Of a stretch of 60,884 nt of DNA, positions 9,853 through 20,600 are shown piece by piece. The position numbers and the translations under genes are program-made. Below the pieces are notes generated by a model that was given only the letters and a program-made list of their open reading frames with translations, had not been told where the DNA came from and made no database searches. Source of the stretch: a bacterium (lineage in GTDB: Bacteria; SZUA-182; DTGQ01); assembly GCA_040752695.1 (NCBI GenBank), contig JBFMGO010000025.1, forward strand, positions 1 to 60,884, given 5' to 3'. The first letter of the stretch is position 1. Each line of letters opens with the position of its first letter.

Positions 9853-12800
9853 ATGCTTAAAGGGGGGGAAGTGAAGGGAGAATCAGGAATGCAAAAGGTA
9901 TTGAGGAGAAGAAAGTATTCGAAAGCGGGGAGATGGAGAAGAGGAAGATTTTATCTTTTTATCGTATGTGCACTGGTTTTTTTTGCTGCTTCCAGGACAG
10001 TATGGGGCGGATCGGGTGATGTAGCTTTCTACTGCCCCGGCATTCAGGGTATTATGACCACCGAGGAGCAGGATGCCTGCACCGGCTATATGTATACCAA
10101 TCTTAACCGGTCTTCAAAAGCTCTATTTTCCGGATTCGGTCAGAATGTAGTGAATTCATTGAAAGATTGGCTTGACAACCGGATGGCGGATGGGAAACAG
10201 GACATATTGGTGATTGTCGATCTTTGTCCTGATATCGTTTTTTGCGGTGAGACTGACGGATCGATGGCAGAGAAGTGGATGGAGTCGGGCAATATGCTTA
10301 TCTGGACAGGATCTGAGCCCTTTGCCTGCTCTTTAAGTGTGGATGGGACAAAACGGGACCACGGTGCCGGTTTGGGAGGGGCAGGCAAGGTGCTGAACGT
10401 ATCCTCAGCCGGCCTCTGTCAGGGTGGAGGCTGGCAGGAGCCGACTACTGCTGTCCGGGACTATAATGATCCGAACGGGGATTATGGAATCTCATCGTTT
10501 GTCCGTTATGAAGCCTGTCATGCGCTGCACTATGACCGGTTGCTCATCGATTCGCTCTCTTCAGACTGGCACCATGCGCCATTTTGGCGTGTTGATGAGA
10601 TATTTGCCGAAGACAGCGAAAATTATCAATCGGATAATATCGTTCTGGTTAATGTGCATGGTGGCAGATACGGTCAGTTTTACTGTGTCTCCGGCTTTAA
10701 CCAGGTCAGAATGGAGGTTATCACTCAGGTACTGAATAACTGGGAAGCCTTGCCAGGCAGGATTCTGGTTGTCCCCGGTCGGCTGTATGCTACGATCCAA
10801 TCGGCAATTGATGCGGCCCAGCCACGCGATACAGTCCTGGTCTTGGCTGGCACCTACAAAGAGCAGCTTGTCCTGAAAAGGGGGATCAAGCTGGTAAGCG
10901 ACATGCGTGGAGGCGGTAATATTCTTGTGAGTGGCCCAGGCTATGCGGACACTCTGTACGGGACAGAATCGAAAAAAGTGCTGGCCAGGGCTCAGCGTAC
11001 AATTCTTGACGGAACAGGATTCTGTGGCGGAATCGAATCAAAACCGATGATCGATTTTCCCGCCGGAGCGACAGTGGGCACTTTGGTCGATGGTTTCACC
11101 ATAACGCATATGCCATCCGTGATGCCGGCCGCGAACAACGCTCCGCCGGGCCGTGCTCATACGGTGCAGATGCGGGGAGCTTCCGGCACAATCATCAATT
11201 GCATTATCTGTGACAACGCAAGCAGCGGGATCGGAAGCCATGCCCTGTTTTTCGGCGAGGATAGCGGCACGCCTTACGGTCAGCTCGATCTTCGCTATAC
11301 CAACATCAAATATGATTCTCACCCGATCGTTATCAACAACGTAGTCTTTCGCAACGAGGGGAATAACCTGGGGAATAACCACTATGCCTATGCCATTTTT
11401 TATCATAACGAGTGCTTCGAATCCATCTCGGTCAACGGCCGCTACGCACCGGGTATCGGCTGCCAGCATGGAGCCCACGCCCTGATTGTCGGCAATCTGG
11501 TCTACAAAAGCGCCTGGGTCGGCATCGGCGGAGGCAAGGGCGAGGACCATGGGCAGTATCCGGTGAACAGACCTACCCATCCGACGGTCAGGAAGAACCG
11601 GGTCTATGATTCGGGCCAAAACGATACCTCCGACACCAGAGAGTGCGGAGCGGGTATTGGTGCGGATGATACGGGCGGCCTTGACCCCAAAACAGGGAGT
11701 ATGGTCTACCATATCATTGAGGGAAATTATGTAAATGGCGCAGTAAATGCTGCCATAGGCTGCCGCTCGCAGACTCCCGGCCTTGGCCATGTAAAAATTA
11801 TCAGCAATGAGGTGACAGGTGCAGGCCGCAGCGGACGGGGGCCGGGAATCGGAATCAAGGGGGCACACGCCCTTGAGATCAGCCACAATTTTACCTATGC
11901 CAACCACGATGCAGGAATCGGCATTACCGACGGTGGAAGCTGCGGCCTGATCACCAATAACGAGGCATGCGAAAATGACAGAGCAGGCATTGCCATGGCT
12001 AACGGGGCTGCGGTTAATGAAATCAGCAGGAATGATATTCACGATAACGGCCTTGCTGGAATTGGCCATGACGGCATATCAGGCGGCCGGATAAAGGTAA
12101 AGCTTGAATGCGAAAACCGGATTCGCAAAAACAAAGCTGCCGGAATCGGCATTATGGCCTCGGATGTGACCGAAATCCGTGGTAATGTGATTGAGGACAA
12201 TGCCAAGCCGGGGATCACTCTGATTGAGAGATCGGTGGTGGACCTTTTATGCGGCAATACGCTCGACAAGAACGGCATCACCGCCCAGACAGCAGGGCTG
12301 GCCGTGCTGGGAGGCTCCTCGGTCAAAATCAGGGATACGGCCATCACCCACAGCGGTACAACGGGTATCAGCGCTCTGGATGAGGGGACTTTCGTGCTGC
12401 TCGATAATTGCACCATCGGCAACAACAGCCAGTGTGGTTTGGGACCGAACCTTACCGTCCAGTCGGGTGCATCGGCCACACTTTCGGCGTGTGATTTGTC
12501 CTATACCAGGGGCTCACCGAACATTATGGCCTCAGGCAAGGGTACCACCCTGAACATGGAAGGCTGTACGGTCACCAAAAGCGCCAGTCCGGGGCTGGTC
12601 GCCAGCTCTGATGCCGTAATCACCATAGGGAATACCACTTTTGACGGCAATGGCACGAGCGGCACCCGTGGGGTAATAATCGATGGATGCACGATAGCTT
12701 TGGAGGGCGTCACCATCTGCAACAGCTCTCACCATGCCCTGGCAGTCAGCAATTGCACAGGCAGCATGGAGGGGTGCGAGTTTTACAAAAACGCCCTGGA

Positions 12801-13377
12801 CGGAGGTGGCCAGATAATCATCAGCAGCAGTGCGCTCAAGATCTGCCGTAACGTGCTGCACGATCCTGCTGGCTATCATTATCAAATCGCACTCTTTGAC
12901 GGATCGGATTGCAAGCTCTATCACAATACTATCGTGGGCAACTCAACTCAGGGTCCAGGGCCTCTCAATCAGGGACCGGGCGACGGCCTGTATGTCGATA
13001 TAACGAGCAGTGCGGATATCAGAAATAATATTTTCTGTAATCTCCCCAGGGGCATTACCCTGGATACAATCGTGGATAGCCTGGGAAATACCCTGGCCGA
13101 GGCTTTGGTAACAGCCTCAAGCAACTGCTTCTATCAGATTGCAGCATTTTCGGATCAGGGAATCAGGGGCAATAAAATCATCTTCGGCAATCCTTATTTG
13201 ACCGGCACCTTCCACCTTGAACCAAACTCTGACTGCATCGATGCCGCTGAGCGCATTCAGGGTGTGAACGATGTTTTCAGCGGCATGGGTCCGGACATCG
13301 GGGCCATGGAGTCGGAAGGAACAACAGAGGTAAGGGCGGCAGGGGTGAGGAGCAACAAAAGTGAGAAGGAGAAGTAA
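9853..13377 (+). CDS. large secreted right-handed parallel beta-helix repeat protein (pectin-lyase fold)
   Basis: Signal/TM segment, YATIQSAIDAAQPRDTVLVLAGTYKE, many N-x-I-x-x-N-x-x-x-GI repeats, C-terminal FHLEPNSDCIDA...GPDIGAME. The true start may be 9889. Confidence 0.8.
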   Translation: MLKGGEVKGESGMQKVLRRRKYSKAGRWRRGRFYLFIVCALVFFAASRTVWGGSGDVAFYCPGIQGIMTTEEQDACTGYMYTNLNRSSKALFSGFGQNVVNSLKDWLDNRMADGKQDILVIVDLCPDIVFCGETDGSMAEKWMESGNMLIWTGSEPFACSLSVDGTKRDHGAGLGGAGKVLNVSSAGLCQGGGWQEPTTAVRDYNDPNGDYGISSFVRYEACHALHYDRLLIDSLSSDWHHAPFWRVDEIFAEDSENYQSDNIVLVNVHGGRYGQFYCVSGFNQVRMEVITQVLNNWEALPGRILVVPGRLYATIQSAIDAAQPRDTVLVLAGTYKEQLVLKRGIKLVSDMRGGGNILVSGPGYADTLYGTESKKVLARAQRTILDGTGFCGGIESKPMIDFPAGATVGTLVDGFTITHMPSVMPAANNAPPGRAHTVQMRGASGTIINCIICDNASSGIGSHALFFGEDSGTPYGQLDLRYTNIKYDSHPIVINNVVFRNEGNNLGNNHYAYAIFYHNECFESISVNGRYAPGIGCQHGAHALIVGNLVYKSAWVGIGGGKGEDHGQYPVNRPTHPTVRKNRVYDSGQNDTSDTRECGAGIGADDTGGLDPKTGSMVYHIIEGNYVNGAVNAAIGCRSQTPGLGHVKIISNEVTGAGRSGRGPGIGIKGAHALEISHNFTYANHDAGIGITDGGSCGLITNNEACENDRAGIAMANGAAVNEISRNDIHDNGLAGIGHDGISGGRIKVKLECENRIRKNKAAGIGIMASDVTEIRGNVIEDNAKPGITLIERSVVDLLCGNTLDKNGITAQTAGLAVLGGSSVKIRDTAITHSGTTGISALDEGTFVLLDNCTIGNNSQCGLGPNLTVQSGASATLSACDLSYTRGSPNIMASGKGTTLNMEGCTVTKSASPGLVASSDAVITIGNTTFDGNGTSGTRGVIIDGCTIALEGVTICNSSHHALAVSNCTGSMEGCEFYKNALDGGGQIIISSSALKICRNVLHDPAGYHYQIALFDGSDCKLYHNTIVGNSTQGPGPLNQGPGDGLYVDITSSADIRNNIFCNLPRGITLDTIVDSLGNTLAEALVTASSNCFYQIAAFSDQGIRGNKIIFGNPYLTGTFHLEPNSDCIDAAERIQGVNDVFSGMGPDIGAMESEGTTEVRAAGVRSNKSEKEK

Positions 13378-13539
13378 AGAACAAGAGATAGAGAAGGAGC
13401 CACAAGGAGATGGAAAGCCAGGAAGATGTGTCGGGGAGGGAGGAATGGCCAGTCATAAGGTATTTCATACAAGGTAAGCAGGATCTTTCCCTCAAGGTTT
13501 TTTGCCAATGAGGGCCTGGTCCTGAACTTCTGAGTATAC

Positions 13540-13590
13540 GGGCAATCGTTGATCCGGAGTCAGATATGGGCAATCGTTAATCCGGAGTCA
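13540..13590 (+). repeat. 28-nt-period direct duplication
   Basis: gggcaatcgttgatccggagtca / gggcaatcgttaatccggagtca. A second duplication (ggccgctatgcacttt) occurs at 13767 and 13820. Confidence 0.75.
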
Positions 13591-14002
13591 CCAGATAGCC
13601 TATAACTATACCTATCAATATCCCTGACCAGGGATTTGAGGTCAGACCTCACCCTCTTGCTCCGCCAAGACACCGGCTGAGATATCCGAGGGCAAACCCG
13701 ATGACCCCACCTGCTGCTGCTCCGAGTATTTTCTTGATACTCATTTTTCAACCTCCACTGTGTTCCGGCCGCTATGCACTTTTATTGTGCCGGTCTTGAT
13801 CGTCTCCTCTGTCCCGGCTGGCCGCTATGCACTTTCACTGTCCCTGCCTTTTTTTAGTCCCCGCTCTTTCCCCTTTTTTAAAAGGAACTTGAGGAATTTT
13901 AATCTTTAACCGTAACTGAAGTGCTGAGAGACTATTCTTAATAGTATAAAGCCGGATGGTGAAAGTCAAGTTTTCGGCTTTACACCCGCTTGCGCATATA
14001 CC

Positions 14003-14401
14003 CTATTTCCTGTCCTTTACGGAATCAAACACTCTCTTCAACCTTCTCTCCATCTGTGCTGCAATCTCCCGTAAATCCTCATTGTCAATCATTTCCATAA
14101 CTGCTGCCGGTTTAATGACCGAAAGGACAGTTCTTTTATCTTTTTCATAAAGGATAACGTTATACGGTATCATTACCCCGATATTTTCTTCAGCAAGAAT
14201 AGCTTGATGAGCGTTGGATGGATGGGAAGTGCCCAGAATCACATATTTTTTGAAATCAATGCGAAGGTTCTCCTTGAACTTTTCTTTCAAATCAATGATG
14301 CTCCAAACACCAAGTTCTTCTTTTTTCAATTCTTCGAATACCTTTTCCAAGGTCTCTTCGAACTGCATGTTCAGCTCTTTGGTAAATCCGTAGTTCATCA
14401 T
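14003..14401 (-). CDS. DUF302 family protein
   Basis: YGFTKELNMQFEETLEKV...IDLKEKFKENL..DFKKYVILG...EENIGVMIP.NVILYE. Both usual Cys residues are substituted. Confidence 0.85.
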   Translation of the reverse strand: MMNYGFTKELNMQFEETLEKVFEELKKEELGVWSIIDLKEKFKENLRIDFKKYVILGTSHPSNAHQAILAEENIGVMIPYNVILYEKDKRTVLSVIKPAAVMEMIDNEDLREIAAQMERRLKRVFDSVKDRK

Positions 14402-14618
14402 TTTAACTCCTAATATTCATTTTCAGGCTTCTGACGCCTGAAGATTATATCAACCAAAAACAGGAAAAACAGTTTCTGTTATCTATTCGTTCATTAACGG
14501 GAAAGACAGTTATTTCAAAATGAGTTTGTTCATATTTGAATCAGCCGGATGGTAAAATCCCCCTTCTTGCTCCCCTCCCGCACCCTTTCAGACTTTCCTC
14601 GTGCCCTTGGATTGTGTA

Positions 14619-17600
14619 TTACCTATTTCCTTTGATCACACGATCCAACCTCTGGCTTAAGATGTGAGGGTCATACGGCTTGACCAGACACTCTTTAAAT
14701 CCATACTCCCTGTAATTGGCCATAATCGGATCGGATGAATAACCACTCGAAACAATTACCTTTGCATTCGAGTCGATTTTGATGATCTCTTTCATCGTTT
14801 CCTCACCTCCCATGCCACCGGGTATAATCAGATCCATAATCACCGCATCGAAGGGCCGGTCTGATTCCTGAGCTTTCCGATAAAGGTCTATTGCTTCCGT
14901 GCCGTCTTTGGCCAGGGCAGCGTCATATCCTAAAAAGGTGAGGGTTTGATAAAGCATGTTTCTCATCATATCTTCATCATCCATGACCAGGATCCTTCCC
15001 CTGCCGGCAAGGGGTTCTTTCAATATTTCCTCTTTTTCGGCAGGAGCTTTTTTCACGGCTGTGATTTCCTGAGGAAAGGCTGGAAGGTAGATATAAAAGG
15101 TCGTTCCGACCCCTATTTCGGACTCTGCGGTAAGGTACCCTTCATGGCTTTTGATTATTGAGTAGGAGACCGTGAGGCCGAGGCCGCTCCCTGTTTTTCT
15201 GGTAGTAAAATAGGGGTCGAATATCTTATTGAGGTTTTCTTTCGGTATGCCGTATCCCTGGTCTTGAATGGAAATTTCAACATACTTCCCTTTCGGTAAC
15301 CTTAAGGCATGGACTATGCTCTCTTCGGCAATATCTCTGTTTTTAGCCTGTACGGCGAGCATTCCGCCTTCGGGCATAGCCTGATCAGCATTGATAATCA
15401 GATTATTAATGACCTGACTTATCTGCCTCTCGTCAACCTTGACCGGCCAGAGATCTTCCTGAATGGCAAAGGTATACCCTATCCTGGAACCTTTCAGAGC
15501 GAATGCAGTCCAGTCTTTCAATAATTCGGCGATAGAGACAATCTGTTTGATCGGTGCTCCGCCTTTGGCAAAGGTAAGTAACTGATGGGTTAAAGATTTG
15601 GCACGCATAGAAGCCTGCTTCGCTTCGACCAGGGGCCGATAGATGGCGTGCTCTGAGCTGATAAACATCTTGGCCAGATCGATGTTGCCAATAATAATCG
15701 TTAAAATATTGTTGAAGTCGTGCGCAATTCCTCCGGCAAGAAGTCCTATTGATTCAAGCTTGCTCGCTTTTTGTAACTCTTCTTCCACTTTTTGTTTTTC
15801 AGTAATGTCACGACATACCATAATGAGGCCGGTGGGGTTGCCTTGTGCATCCCGCATGGGAACAATATTGCCGGCGATCAGTTTTCCCCGGCCATCTTTG
15901 GCCATCAGCACCGTACCTCTGACCAGATCGACGGTAGTTCCTGTTTCCATGGCAATCTCCAGAGGGTTCTGGCACGGCTCCTTTGTATCTTCGTGGATAA
16001 GATGGAACACATCCGCGAAAAATTTTCCTTCCGCCTCCTGCCGGGACCATCCGGTGAGCCCTTCGGCCACTGCATTGAATAAAACAATCCTGCCATCCAT
16101 ATCCATGGTAACGACAGCATCACCGATCGAGCGCAGGGTATCGGCCAGGCGGTCTTTTGAACGCAAGGTCACGGCCAGACGTTCTTTTTCAACCGCAAGT
16201 TCCTTTTCGGTCTCCCTGCGTTGAGAAATGTCCTGGACAATGCCGATAAAGTATTTCGGCTCTCCTGATGCTTCACGTACTAACGATACGGTCAAATTCA
16301 CCCATACAACGCTGCCGTCCTTGCGAAGGTAGCGCTTTTCCATCGAATAGGTCTTGATTTTACCTTCCAGTACCTGATTCATATTTTCTAAATCGATGAA
16401 CAGGTCATCCGGATGGGTAATATCCTGAAAAGTGAAAGCGAGCATTTCCTCCTGGGTATATCCCACAAGGTCACAGAACCGCTGATTGAGCTTGAGAAAC
16501 CGCCCCTCTGGCGATACATGGGCAATACCGACCGCGGCCTGCTCAAAGGTGCTGCGAAAGTGCACTTCGCTCTCCTTCAATGCTTTTTCTATTTTCTTTT
16601 TCTGAATGATCCGCCACATGCCATCCATAATGAGCGTCAATTGCTGCACATCCGTATCGTTATATTCTTCTTTCTTGTTTGCCACACCGGCCACCAGCAC
16701 AATCTTTCCATTATCGATAAGCGGAATATTCATATGCCGTTTAATCGGAGTATGCCCTTCGGGATACCCCTTTTTAAGGGAACTGGGGGCTTCGTAATCG
16801 TTGGTGATGACCGGTTTTCTCTGGCGGACAGCCTCACCCCATAATCCTGCCTCTTCAACTTTATAAACAACCTGTTTTTCAGGGACATGGCATTGTTCCC
16901 ATGCCTCTTTCGACCAGGCATGGATGGTCAGGACAGTTTCATCCTCGTTCAGGAAGAAGAGGTACCCGATCTGGCTCCCGGTCATACGAACACTCTCTTC
17001 GAGGGCGAAATCTTTAATCACCTGCTCCGGCTCATTGGCCATTTGTGAGAGCTTGTACAGGGTTTCGAATCTGGACTTGTTCAGGAGGAGTTCTTCCTCA
17101 GCCTGCTTGTGCTGTTTAATTTTTTGGTTTAAATCGGCATTAGCCTTAGCCAGTTCCCTGGTGCGATCAACCACACGCTCTTCCAGTTTATCATACGACC
17201 TGCGCAACGCATTCTGGGCCAGTATCCGCTCGTTGATCTCCTCCAGAAGATGCTCATTCTGAATCTCGAGCTCCCTTTGTAAGGCACTGAGCCGCAAGTG
17301 CGTTTCAACCCTGGCCAGCACTTCTTCTGTCTCAAAGGGTTTCGTGATGTAGTCAACACCGCCGGCTTCAAAGGCATGGATCTTGTCCTGGCTTTCAGTT
17401 AATGCACTGATGAAAATGACCGGAATATGACAATACTGCGCATCTAATTTTAAGTACTGGCAGACTTGATAACCATTCATGCCAGGCATTCTAATGTCGA
17501 GGATAATCAAATCGGGGATACTTTTTTGGACTGTTTTCAAAGCCAGCTCACCGCTGATTGCCGTCCTTACCTGATATCCGCGACCAGTCAGCATGGACGT

Positions 17601-17681
17601 TAAGGTTTTCAGATTTACCGGGTTGTCATCAACTATCAGAATGTCTCTTTGCAGAATGTCGCTTTTTCCTGTCTTAGTCAT
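14619..17681 (-). CDS. hybrid sensor kinase REC-GAF-PAS-PAS-HisKA-HATPase-REC (CckA-like kinase core)
   Basis: ILIVDDNPVN, LIILDIRMPGMNG, LAGGIAHDFNNIL, IFDPYFTTRKTGSGLGL, VIMDLIIPGGMGG. Confidence 0.92.
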   Translation of the reverse strand: MTKTGKSDILQRDILIVDDNPVNLKTLTSMLTGRGYQVRTAISGELALKTVQKSIPDLIILDIRMPGMNGYQVCQYLKLDAQYCHIPVIFISALTESQDKIHAFEAGGVDYITKPFETEEVLARVETHLRLSALQRELEIQNEHLLEEINERILAQNALRRSYDKLEERVVDRTRELAKANADLNQKIKQHKQAEEELLLNKSRFETLYKLSQMANEPEQVIKDFALEESVRMTGSQIGYLFFLNEDETVLTIHAWSKEAWEQCHVPEKQVVYKVEEAGLWGEAVRQRKPVITNDYEAPSSLKKGYPEGHTPIKRHMNIPLIDNGKIVLVAGVANKKEEYNDTDVQQLTLIMDGMWRIIQKKKIEKALKESEVHFRSTFEQAAVGIAHVSPEGRFLKLNQRFCDLVGYTQEEMLAFTFQDITHPDDLFIDLENMNQVLEGKIKTYSMEKRYLRKDGSVVWVNLTVSLVREASGEPKYFIGIVQDISQRRETEKELAVEKERLAVTLRSKDRLADTLRSIGDAVVTMDMDGRIVLFNAVAEGLTGWSRQEAEGKFFADVFHLIHEDTKEPCQNPLEIAMETGTTVDLVRGTVLMAKDGRGKLIAGNIVPMRDAQGNPTGLIMVCRDITEKQKVEEELQKASKLESIGLLAGGIAHDFNNILTIIIGNIDLAKMFISSEHAIYRPLVEAKQASMRAKSLTHQLLTFAKGGAPIKQIVSIAELLKDWTAFALKGSRIGYTFAIQEDLWPVKVDERQISQVINNLIINADQAMPEGGMLAVQAKNRDIAEESIVHALRLPKGKYVEISIQDQGYGIPKENLNKIFDPYFTTRKTGSGLGLTVSYSIIKSHEGYLTAESEIGVGTTFYIYLPAFPQEITAVKKAPAEKEEILKEPLAGRGRILVMDDEDMMRNMLYQTLTFLGYDAALAKDGTEAIDLYRKAQESDRPFDAVIMDLIIPGGMGGEETMKEIIKIDSNAKVIVSSGYSSDPIMANYREYGFKECLVKPYDPHILSQRLDRVIKGNR

Positions 17682-20600
17682 CGTGTTACCTCCTCAACCA
17701 GGGGCAGCAGCAGATCGAAGCGGAAATTGTCTACCAGGGCGAGCAGATCTTTGGACAGTTTCCGGTCTTTCTGTGCAATGTGCTCAATCACGCTTTTGGT
17801 CACTTCCGGATCGAGTTTTTCCACCGCTTCCCGTAACTCCAAAAGCCATTCGGAAGGCATGAGCCGGAGGGCTCCGGCATCGGGCAAGGCCGCTCTTTCA
17901 TCCGCCTCTGCCTGAGGCTCGTCTGCATACAGGTAGCGCACACCCAGATGCTTTTGCATCGCACTGAAGATATCGGCCTGCCGGAAGGGCTTTCGAATAA
18001 AATCATCGCATCCGGCTGATACTACTTCTCCCCTCTCTTCTTCGAATGCACTGGCGGTCAGGGCAATGATCCGCGTTCGGCTGTTCTTTTTTGTGTGTCC
18101 GGGCATTTTCCTTTCCTCCTCCCGGATTCTGCGGGTGGTTTCGATTCCGTCCATCACCGGCATGCGTATGTCCATCCAGATCAGATGGGGCTGCCACTTT
18201 TCATACAGTTCAATCCCCTTTCTGCCGTCTTCGGCCTCTTGCACTTCAAACCCGGCCGACTTCAACAGTTTGCTCAAAAGAAGACGGCTGGCCGGGTTAT
18301 CCTCGACAACCAGGATGCGGTAACCAGGCTGGCCAGGGGCCAGGGCAACCACACGGCGTTCCGGTTCCTCTACCTTCATTTCACTCCTGTCCACCGGCTC
18401 GGCCACGATATCGAAGGTAAAGGTCGAACCCTTGCCCACCGTGCTCTCTACGCTGATATCTCCGCCCATGAGATTGACATACCTGCGGCTGATAGCCAGT
18501 CCCAGCCCGGTGCCTTCGATGGTGGCCTGGCGGTGGCTCTCAATCTGCATAAAGGCGTCAAAAACAGCACTCGCCTGATCCTGGGGGATGCCGGGCCCGG
18601 TATCTTCAATTTCAAAGAAAAGGCGTACGGCAGGGCGTATACTTCTCTGTATATCACCATCATCGTGTACCTCCCCGCTGCCCGCAGCATGCTCTGCCGC
18701 TGGCTCGGCCTGTGCACCGCCATCCTTCGCCTCCAACACGCCCTTCACCCGCAAGGTCACGCTGCCTCTTTCGGTGAACTTGACCGCATTGCCCAAAAGA
18801 TTGATCAACACCTGACGCAGCTTCTTTTCATCAGCTCTCACGTACCGGGGGATATCTCGGCCCCGCTGAACCGTCAATTCCAGGCCCTTTTCTCTGGCCC
18901 GGTTCATCATGATCTCTTCGATGTCGGAGAGGGTCTGGTAGAGGTCAAAGGCATCTGTGCTCAGGGAAACCTGCCCTGCCTCTATTTTGGATACCCTCAG
19001 TACATCATTGATCAGGTTCAGAAGATGCTCTCCGCTGCGGTTGATAATATCCAGGTTTTCGAGCTGGGAGTCGCTCGCGCCCTGATCCCGTCTCATCAAC
19101 TGGGCAAACCCCAATATGGCAGTCAAGGGAGTGCGCAGTTCATGGCTCATGTTAGCCAGAAATAAGCTCTTGGCACGGTTGGCAGTTTCCGCCCTCTCCT
19201 TGGCAGACTGTAATTCCGCGGTCCGCTCCACGACCAGATCCTCCAAGTGCCGGCGGTATTTGCGCAATTCCTCATCAGCACTTTTTCGCTCGGTAATGTC
19301 GCGGGCAACGGCGAAAATTTCCCCCTCCTCCATCATCGGAAAGCTGTTCCAGGATATCCACCGGTAGGTGCCATCCTTGCACCGATAGCGGTTCTCGAAT
19401 TCGATAAGCGGCTGGCCACTCCGAAGCCGCTCTCCAGCTTCGATGGTCGATTGCCGATCGTCGGGATGAACGAAATCGAGCCATGGTCTGCTGAATAACT
19501 CGCTGGCACTCCAGCCTAAAGCCTTAGTCCAGGCCGGATTGAGCTGTTTGAAATAACCATCGAAACCCGCAATGGATAACATATCGATGGATTTGTTGAA
19601 GAAACGGTCTCGTTCCGATTCTGCCCGTCTTCTTTCCCTTATCTCTTTTTTAATCGAGTCGAACAGGACAGCGTTTTCCAGAAAAATGGCGGCCTGGCCG
19701 CAGAGGGTTTCCAAAATCCTGATCCGCTCCTGACTGAATATATCGGACGCTTCATCGTTTTCCAGATACAGAATGCCGCTTAATTTCCCTGCGTGGAGCA
19801 GCGGGTTACACAAAACGGATTTTGTCCGCTTTCGCTTGATGTGCGGATCGTTGGTGAAATCCCCTTGCCTGGCAGCATCGTTCAACACGACACTTTCCCC
19901 AGTGCGTGCCACATAACGGATAATGTCGGCGCAAACCGCTTCTTCGTTCTCGTCAATGCCCTGCGACTGCAAAACCCGTATGTCACTGTTACCGACATTG
20001 CCTTCGGCTTCAATTACCCATTTCCCATCTTTATTCAAAATCAAAAACCCTTTTTGCGCACCGGCGTTTTCAATGATGATCTGCATCATTTTGGCAAGGA
20101 GCCTGTCCAGCTCTATTTCCCCGGCCATAGCCTGGGCGGCCTTCATCAGGGCAGCCAAATCCATCGCCTCCGAACCGGGCAGAGTGGCTATAGGACCAGG
20201 TTCATTGATACTTTCAGCAAGAAGTTCCCCATACCGCTCCTTTATATCCTCCGCCTTGCGCACAGCACCCCAGTTTCGATAGCCAAGACAGGCCTTTTTC
20301 AGATATATACCGGCAAACTCCTCCTTGCCCTTCCCAAGCCAAAACCGGGCAGCCAACTCGTTGGCCAGCGCTTCGTTTTGGATAAACCCATTTTTCCCCG
20401 CAGATTCAATGGCCTGGTCATAGAGTTCCATAGTTTTATCCAAATCCTCGTTTGAGAGACGGGCAATTTCTGCACTGACCAAATAATATTTGTCAAGGAT
20501 ATTCTCTGGACAATGTTCCGCCCATATCTTAAGCTTTTCCTGGCAGGTCTTCATTTTCTCCATCCATTCCTTACGATGCCCGGATGAACCTGCCTGATAA

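Noticed and set aside
13486..13510. sigma-54 promoter TTGGCAAAAACCTTGA (minus strand)
   Set aside because: The -12 element is GA rather than GC, and it points antisense into the beta-helix gene.
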